64,000 nucleotides of DNA, taken from positions 8,432,001-8,496,000 of the forward strand of contig OZ024747.1 in assembly GCA_964016885.1 (NCBI GenBank), written 5' to 3'. Source of the DNA: Eledone cirrhosa. Lineage: Eukaryota. How positions within the stretch are numbered: position 1 is the first letter of the stretch; the number at the start of each line of letters is the position of its first letter. The notes below the pieces were generated by a model that saw only the letters and a program-made list of their open reading frames with translations, searched no databases and was not told the origin of the DNA. The translations under genes were made by a program, and so were the position numbers. Below are positions 54,929 to 64,000 of this stretch, in pieces.

Positions 54929-55837
54929 ATGATGGGTGGGCTCCCACTCGCCCTGTGAGGTGGCCATGTTGAGGATATGTGGAGTGGTTGGGTGGGTAGT
55001 ATATACATGGTTGGTGTTATGATGGGTGGGCTCCCACTCGCCCTGTGAGGTGGCCATGTTGAGGATATGTGGAGTGGTTGGGTGGGTAGGATATACATGG
55101 TTGGTGTTATGATGGGTGGGCTCCCACTCGCCCTGTGAGGTGGCCATGTTGAGGATATGTGGAGTGGTCGGGTTGGGTTGGTAGGATATACATGGTTGGT
55201 GTTATGATGGGTGGGCTCCCACTCACCCTGTGAGGTGGCCATGTTGAGGATATGTGGAGTGGTTGGGTGGGTAGGATATACATGGTTGGTGTTATGATGG
55301 GTGGGCTCCCACTCACTCTGTGAGGTGGCCATGTTGAGGATATGTGGAGTGGTTGGGTTGGTAGGATATACATGGTTGGTGTTATGATGGGTGGGCTCCC
55401 ACTCGCCCTGTGAGGTGGCCATGTTGAGGATATGTGGAGTGGTCGGGTGGGTAGGATATACATGGTTGGTGTTATGATGGGTGGGCTCCCACTCGCCCTG
55501 TGAGGGGGCCATGTTGAGGATATGTGGAGTGGTCGGGTGGGTAGGATATACATGGTTGGTGTTATGATGGGTGGGCTCCCACTCGCCCTGTGAGGGGGCC
55601 ATGTTGAGGATATGTGGAGTGGTCGGGTTGGTAGGATATACATGGTTGGTGATATGATGGGTGGACTCCCACTCGCCCTGTGAGGGGGCCATGTTGAGGA
55701 TATGTGGAGTGGTCGGGTTGGTAGGATATACATGGTTGGTGATATGATGGGTGGGCTCCCACTCGCCCTGTGAGGTGGCCATGTTGAGGATATGTGGAGT
55801 GGTCGGGTGGGTAGGATATACATGGTTGGTGTTATGA
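54929..55837. repeat. 90-bp minisatellite, 10 copies
   Basis: atgatgggtgggctcccactcgccctgtgagg...ggttggtgtt; one 5-bp insertion. Confidence 0.97.
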
Positions 55838-56017
55838 AAGTAATCCAGCTGTAAAGATCCCAACCAAAATACAGTTCCATCTAAGCAAGGTACGGCACAG
55901 CCAACTGGCCAGGCTTGTCTCATGACCGGGGGGGGGTGACCTGTCTAACCCATGCAAGCATGAACAAATAGACATTAGACGGTGATGATGATGATGTGAA
56001 CATACATATGTATATAC

Positions 56018-56107
<90 letters not shown>

Positions 56108-56523
56108 CTGTATATATCATCCAACTGTAGAAAACCTGCCAGACAGTCCTATGCGAGCAAGACAATCACTCTTGCCTCAAGTGGGACTACCCCCGTCCAA
56201 ACCCATGCAAGCGTGGAACACGGACGTTAAACGTTGATGATGATGATGATGTGTGTGTATATATGTATTTATATATATATATATATTTATTTATATATAT
56301 AAATATATATATATACATGAATATATATAATATATATTTATATATACACATATATATATATATATACATACATATTTATATACATACATATTTATATATA
56401 CACATGCATATACATACATACATAATTATATACATACATACATATATATTTACATCTCTTCAAATGCAAGTCGGTGTTATAACGGTATGTCGAATCTATT
56501 TATCTATAAAACTGTTTATATTG

Positions 56524-56589
56524 TATTTTGTCTGAGGAAGGCATAGCATATTGTTAATATGATATCCCCGAAATATATATAATGAAATA
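56524..56589 (+). ncRNA. Hammerhead-like motif
   Basis: CTGAGGA, 14-pair stem II, GAAATATATATA, stem I with wobble pairs. Confidence 0.7.
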
Positions 56590-56819
56590 AATATGGTTTT
56601 ATAAATATAGTTTCCATTTATTTAATATTGTATATATATATATATATATCATAATTTCATCATTTTATTTTACGTCCGCTTTTTCCCTGCTTGCAAGGGT
56701 GGATAAGGGTGTACCAAAGTTTTGGTACCCTTGAAATATATATAATAGAATAAATATGGTTTTATAAATATAGTTTCCATTTATTTAATATCATTGATAT
56801 ATATATATAAATATATATA

Positions 56820-56996
56820 ATTGTTTCTACTTTTGGCACAAGGCCAGCAATTACCCAGTGCATTACTGGTACTTTATTTTATCGACCCCGTAAGGATGAA
56901 AGGCAAAGTCAACCTCGGCGGGATTTGAACTCAGATCGTAAAGGGACGTAACTATGCTGGAAAGCATGGCATCCAACCCTCTACTGATACTGCCAA
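56820..56996 (-). mobile_element. Meta-like SINE
   Basis: Near-identical to 21479-21654. Confidence 0.8.
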
Positions 56997-57162
56997 TCCA
57001 ATATATAATGAAGGAGGTGTGGTAAGGAACCAGATGGACCATAATGCACCAGAGTACTCAATACTTAGGGTAGTAGAGTGGGTAATAGGAAAATGTTTAA
57101 CCCCAATGGCAGAGCTCAAGCCATTTCGACGGCTATTTCTGGACCAAAGTTAAACCTTTTCC

Positions 57163-57244
<82 letters not shown>

Positions 57245-57247
57245 AAT

Positions 57248-57314
<67 letters not shown>

Positions 57315-57317
57315 AAT

Positions 57318-57542
<225 letters not shown>

Positions 57543-57545
57543 AAT

Positions 57546-57630
<85 letters not shown>

Positions 57631-58299
57631 TATATATATATAAATATATATATATATAAAGTACTAAGATGATATCGGAGTAGTGTATATAGATGGTATC
57701 ACTAATAATAAACACTGTCTATATATTACTATTATTACTATTATTATCAGTAATATTATCATTATTTAGTGGTAGTGGTGGTGGTGGTGGTAGTGGTGGT
57801 GTTAGTGGTGGTGGTGGTAACAGTAGTGGTGGTGGTGGTGGTAACAGTGGTAGTGGTGGTAGTGGTGACAGTAGTATTAGTGGTGGTAGTAGTAGTAGCG
57901 GTATTAGTGGTAGTAGTAGTAGTAATGGTAGTGGTGGTAGTAATCGTAGTTGTAGTAGTAGTGGTAGTGGGGGTTGGGATGGTGATAGTAGCGGTACTAG
58001 TGGTAGTAGTAGTATCTGTAGTAGTAATAGTAGTAGTAGTTGTAGTAGTAATAGTAGTAGTTGTGTTGTTATTACTCTGTGGCATTGGTAGTAAACGAAA
58101 AGCCTGTAGTAAGGAAAAAAAAACCCCCAAAAGGGGATACTGAACTAAGACCTACTATTGAAAGGACCCCCCCCCCCCCCAACATTGGACTTTGACCTTC
58201 AGAGGCCACATATTTTAATGTATTTAATATGAATATTATAGAGGCAAAAACAACCAAACAAATAGCAAAACTATAGGATAGGAATACTACTGCTAGCTT

Positions 58300-59115
58300 C
58301 TCTCTGTCCCTCTCTCTTACACACACACACTCTCTCTCTCTCTCTCTTACACACACACACTCTCTCTCTCTTACACACACACACTCTCTCTCTGTCCCTC
58401 TCTCTTACACACACACTCTCTCTCTCTCTCTCTCTCTGTCCCTCTCTCTTACACACACACACTCTCTCTCTCTCTCTCTCTCTCTTACACACACACACTC
58501 TCTCTCTCTCTCTCTCTCTGTCCCTCTCTCTTACACACACACACTCTCTCTCTCTCTCTCTGTCTGTCCCTCTCTCTTACACACACACACTCTCTCTCTC
58601 TCTCTTACACACACACACTCTCTCTCTCTCTCTTACACACACACACTCTCTCTCTCTCTCTCTCTCTCTTACACACACACACACTCTCGCTCTCTCTGTC
58701 CCTCTCTCTTATACACACACACTCTCTCTCTCTCTCTCTGTCCCTCTCTCTTACACACACACACTCTCTCTCTCTCTCTTACACACACACACTCTCTCTC
58801 TCTCTCTGTCCCTCTCTTACACACACACACACTCTCTCTGTCCCTCTCTTACACACACACACTCTCTCTCTGTCCCTCTCTTACACACACACACTCTCTC
58901 TCTGTCCCTCTCTTACACACACACACACACACTCTCTCTCTCTCTCTCTCTTACACACACTCTCTCTCTCTCTGTCCATCTCTTACACACACACACTCTC
59001 TCTCTCTCTCCCTCTGACACACTCTCTCTCTCTCTGTCCATCTCTTACACACACACACACTCTCTCTCTCTCTCTCTGTCCTCTCTCTTACACACACACT
59101 CTCTCTTTCTCTCTG
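58300..59115. repeat. Compound (CT)n/(CA)n higher-order repeat
   Basis: Direct reading. Confidence 0.95.
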
Positions 59116-59755
59116 CAAGAGTCCTCATCTACTACAGAGGTAGTTGTTGCAGTTGTTACTATTGTAGTTCAGTCTCAGATGAACCCATATCAAGCAGACA
59201 TATAATCAAAGACAATCTAGCCATGATCATCCCATCTTCTTTTTTTAGAGTTAAATAAGACTACATTGGACTGATAGAAATACTATTGCTAGCTTCTCTC
59301 GGTGCAGGAGTTCTTAATTTTCTATAGTGGTGGTTCCTGTTGCTGTAGTTGCTGTTATAGTTTAGCCCCAGGTTAATCCAAATTAAGCAGACATTTTCGC
59401 CATGACTATCCAAATCCTCTTTTTAGAGTTATCTTTGTTCAGTTCATATATATAACAATGGCCCTCAATTGCTTTGACTTGAATATAAATACATCTAGAA
59501 CAAACCGACGCTAACCATGAATTGAAGCAAATGTAATCCAGACCTCTCCCATTTAACCCCATTCACCAGACCCATATAGCACAAGGAAGGGTAAAAATCA
59601 CACAAGTCCTTCAAAATTATATCCCATCCTTCCAATATGTAAGACAGAAGTGTATGATTTAATAGAGATTTGGCTGTTATATCTAGCAGCAGGCCAAACG
59701 ACTGCTTAGAAACTCTCCAGCTCTTTCTCTCTCACCTGTTCTCTCTCTCTCACCT

Positions 59756-59796
<41 letters not shown>

Positions 59797-59865
59797 GTAT
59801 ATATATATCCATCTCTCACTCCCCAACTCTCTCTCACTGTCTCTCTCGCACCTCTGACCACCCTA

Positions 59866-59920
<55 letters not shown>

Positions 59921-62627
59921 ATCCATCTCTCTCTTTCCGTCTCTCTCACCCCCGCCCATCCCTCCTCTCTCTGCATCTCTCTCTCTCTCTCTTGTTGGCC
60001 CCTATATCTTCTATGCTTGTTTTATTATGTCTCAGGATCTCAGGAACCCAGGCCAGGGTAATTACTACTTCTGCTCCCTTATGTTTACCAAGCTGTTCAG
60101 TATTATGTATAACAGATCATATTAGTTAATACTGCCTCATACGACACACATCATGGCATCTTATCTCAACGACACTCAGTTCTTATTTAGTTAATGTTGT
60201 TGTCTCACACACGGCTTGGTATCTTATCTAGGAGAGAGACAGACAGCTCTAATTTAGTTAACCCTTTCATTATATTCATTCTAGAGGGCAGTGGATTGGC
60301 AGAGTCCGTAGAGCGCATCAGACAACATGCTTTGCAGCATAGAGTTATGGTCCTTTACGTTCTGAGTTCAAATCCCGCCGAGGTTAATTTTGCCTTTCAT
60401 CCTTACGGGGTCGATAAAATAAAGCACCAGTAATGTACTGGGGTCGATTTCCTTGACTTTCCCCTCCCCCCAAATTACTGGCCTTCTGCCTATACTAGAA
60501 ATCATTATATACATTCACATAAAAACGCTCCATGATTTGCAAATCATTTTGAATATAAATAGGAATTTTGAGGGATTTAATAATATAACTAGCTTTCTCA
60601 TTATTAAGTTGGTGTTTGAAACATGGCAATGGTGCTCACATTAAATTATGTTAGACCTGTCCAACCCTTGCTAACAGGGAAAGCAGACATTGAACAATGA
60701 TGATGATGATGAAAGGTTGTTAGATAAATGTAAACACTTTGAAATAAACAACTTGGTGTCTTAGAACCAGAGACAGTCTCATACAGTTTGGTATCAAAAG
60801 GGATAATGTTTCCTCACATAGCATTTCATCTTATTTAGGGAAGAGACTCAGCTTTCTTTCAGTTAATGTTATAAAGCAGCAATCACTATATACATATGTT
60901 AAATATACAGTAAACTTGTTGATGTCAATAAAGACAGAAAAATGGTAAAATTCTTGATTCTAACATAATACTAACAGGATGGCAGGATTTTAAGACAAAT
61001 TGCTTATTGATGATTTAGAAAAAAATATTTATTTCCTTCCTCCTCATCATCATCATCGTCGTCATCATCATTGTGGTCCACCTTTCCATGCTTGAATGGG
61101 TTAGATGAAGCATTTTGCAACAGTTTTTCCATGGCAGGATGACCTTCTAGATGTCATTGTATACTTAATTATTTTGAAGTATGGCTTTTGTTGGTGATAT
61201 TTATTGAACTGCTAAGATGCAGGGCATATTGTCTATGATGGACATAAACAAACATCACTACTTGCTAAATATGGAGACACATCCACACATATGTATACAC
61301 ACACACACACAAACACATACACATATGACCAACTTCCTTACAGTCTCAATCAACCAAATTCATTGCCAAACATTGGTCAGCCTGAAGCTGTGTGTGACAC
61401 AGTGGGATTGAACCCAGAATCACATGGTTGCAGAGAAGCTTCTTAACATGACCATACCTGAATCATTGGTTAAGTTAACTTATGACATCCAATCACATTA
61501 GTGTTGGTGATCTACACGATAAATACACCATGTACATGCTGTAAAGTGGTTGGTGAGAGGAAGAGTATCCAGCCATAGAAGCCTGCCAAAGTGTTGGGAG
61601 GACCCTTCAGTCATGTCAAGGACATGACAGCCTCCCTAGAGTTGGTGAGGGTTGAGAGGTCCCCTCAGTTGTGACAAAGACATGACAACCTCTCCTGTGA
61701 ATTTGGTACAATGTGAGGTCATATATGAAATGCTGACCCCCCCCCCCCTCGACCTGACTGGGAGGTCAATAGCCCCACTTCGGTACTGACTTGGTCTATG
61801 TAGACCCGTCCAATCCTTGCTAGCAGAGAAAAAAGACATTAAATGATGATGATGATGATGATGATGAACATGGAACCATGGCTGCATTCCCAATATGGCT
61901 AATAATTCCATTCACTCAATAAATAAATGACTATCTTTGCCACATAGCAGGATTATAGAAATATCCCAAACGATTGAAAGGGTTGTATGTTGTTATAACC
62001 TGTCATATAATTTGGTGTGGGTGAGTGTGACCCGGGTAGTGTAAAAGGCTGGCTTAGTAATTTTTTTAGTTGTGATCAGAGCAAGAAATGTCAAAGACCC
62101 GGTTTGTCAGTTTACTAAATTGGAAGTTGAAAATATTTATATGTAAGATATGATATAATATATATAATATATGATATATGTAAGATATGATATAATATAT
62201 ATAATATACATGAGTCTATAATGCAATACTATACCAAGCCAGCAAACCCTGCTTTAAAGTTATGACTTTGTAGTCCAATCTCATGCCAAGCCAGCTATTA
62301 TACCTCTGTACATTTATCAAAGATGATGGATGAATATCAGGCATAAACATGATGATAGTTGTGGTCTTAAAACTTGTATTAAAATAACTATTTTCAGTTT
62401 CTGTTAGAATTATATGACTTCTATATTGATTTCTTCTGTTGGCAGAAGACCAACGTAGAGATCTAGGCAATTGAATTGGCTTTAGTACATTATTGGTACT
62501 CCAAAAAAGACTTGAACTCTAAAGGATTGTAAGCAAAGTTAACCTTAGAAGTACTGAAACTCAGAATGTAGACATATGAAACCTAAATATTATTGTATTG
62601 TAGTAATTCCAGTACAGTACAGTTTTA

Positions 62628-64000
62628 AACACTACACCACACAACACTACACTACACCACACAACATTACACTACACCACACAACATTACACTACACCAC
62701 ACAACATTACACTACATTACACTACACTACATTACACCACACAACATTACACTACACCATACTACACCACACAACATTACACTACACCACACTACACCAC
62801 ACTACACCACACTACATTACACCACACAACATTACACTACACCACACAACATTACACTACACCACACAAAATTACACCACACTACACTAGACCACACAAC
62901 ATTACACTACACCACACAACATTACACTACACCACACTACACCACACTACACCACACTACACCACACTACACCACACTACATTACACCACACAACATTAC
63001 ACTACACCACACAACATTACACTACACCACACAACATTACACCACACTACACTAGACCACACAACATTACACTACACCACACAACATTACACTACACCAC
63101 ACTACATTACACCACACTACACCACACAACATTACACCACACTACATTACACCACACTACATTACACCATACTACATTACACCACACTACATTACATTAC
63201 ACCACACTACACCACACCACACCACACTACACTACACCACACTACACTACACCACACTACACTAGACCACACAACATTACACTACACCACACTACAGTAC
63301 ACTACACAACTCTATACTACATTAGAACACACTACATTACACCACACTACACCACACAACATTACACCACACTACATTACACCACACCACACTACACCAC
63401 ACCACACCACACCACACTACACTACATTACACCACACTACACTACACCACAGTACACCACAGTACACTACACCACACTACACCACACTACACTACATTAC
63501 ACCACACTACACTACACCACACTACACTACACCACACTACATTACACCACACAACATTACACCACACTACACTACACTACACCACACTACACTACACCAC
63601 ACTACATTACACTACACCACACTACACTACACTACACCACACTACACCACACTACACCACACTACACCACACTACACGACACTACACTACACCACACTAC
63701 ACTACACCACACTACATTACACCACACTACACTAGACCACACAACATTACACTACACCACACTACACAACACTACACCACACAACACTACACTACACAAC
63801 ACTACACTACACCACACTACACCACACTACATTAGACCACACAACACTACACCACACCACACCACAGTACACCACACCACACTACAGTACACTACACAAC
63901 TCTATACTACACCACACTACATTACACCACACCACACTACACCACACAACATTACACAACACCACAGTACACCACACTACACCACACTACAGTACACTAC
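62628..64000. repeat. CACAC/ACTAC pentamer satellite
   Basis: Direct reading; continues past the window end. Confidence 0.97.

Noticed and set aside
57693-58143. Gly/Ser, poly-Thr and poly-Val ORFs
   Set aside because: GTA/GTG trinucleotide repeat without splice context.

Overview
AT-rich, microsatellite-saturated animal genomic DNA. The SINE, LINE and microsatellite landscape strongly suggests a cephalopod such as Octopus; this is an inference. Most listed ORFs are translations of (TA)n, (CA)n or (GGT)n tracts. Real content: (1) a minus-strand host gene seen as four symmetric phase-0 exons (46454-46585, 40534-40641, 38505-38612, 37223-37372), each encoding a conserved FYFV[LV]EP[QP]N[EK]WxAS motif, one with a GC donor, followed by several exon-like segments containing stops; (2) a young 5'-truncated RTE-clade LINE with an uninterrupted RT ORF carrying a C4HC3 PHD-like finger inside the RT, plus many RTE, Tx1/L1 and CR1 fragments; (3) a Penelope-like GIY-YIG element with an inverted pLTR, several foldback repeats and at least seven hammerhead-ribozyme-like motifs, six sharing a C-C mismatch at pair 4 of stem II; (4) TTAA-targeting piggyBac-type MITEs, tRNA-derived SINEs, and 33-, 35-, 90- and 112-bp minisatellites. 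All calls were read by eye and no database searches were run.
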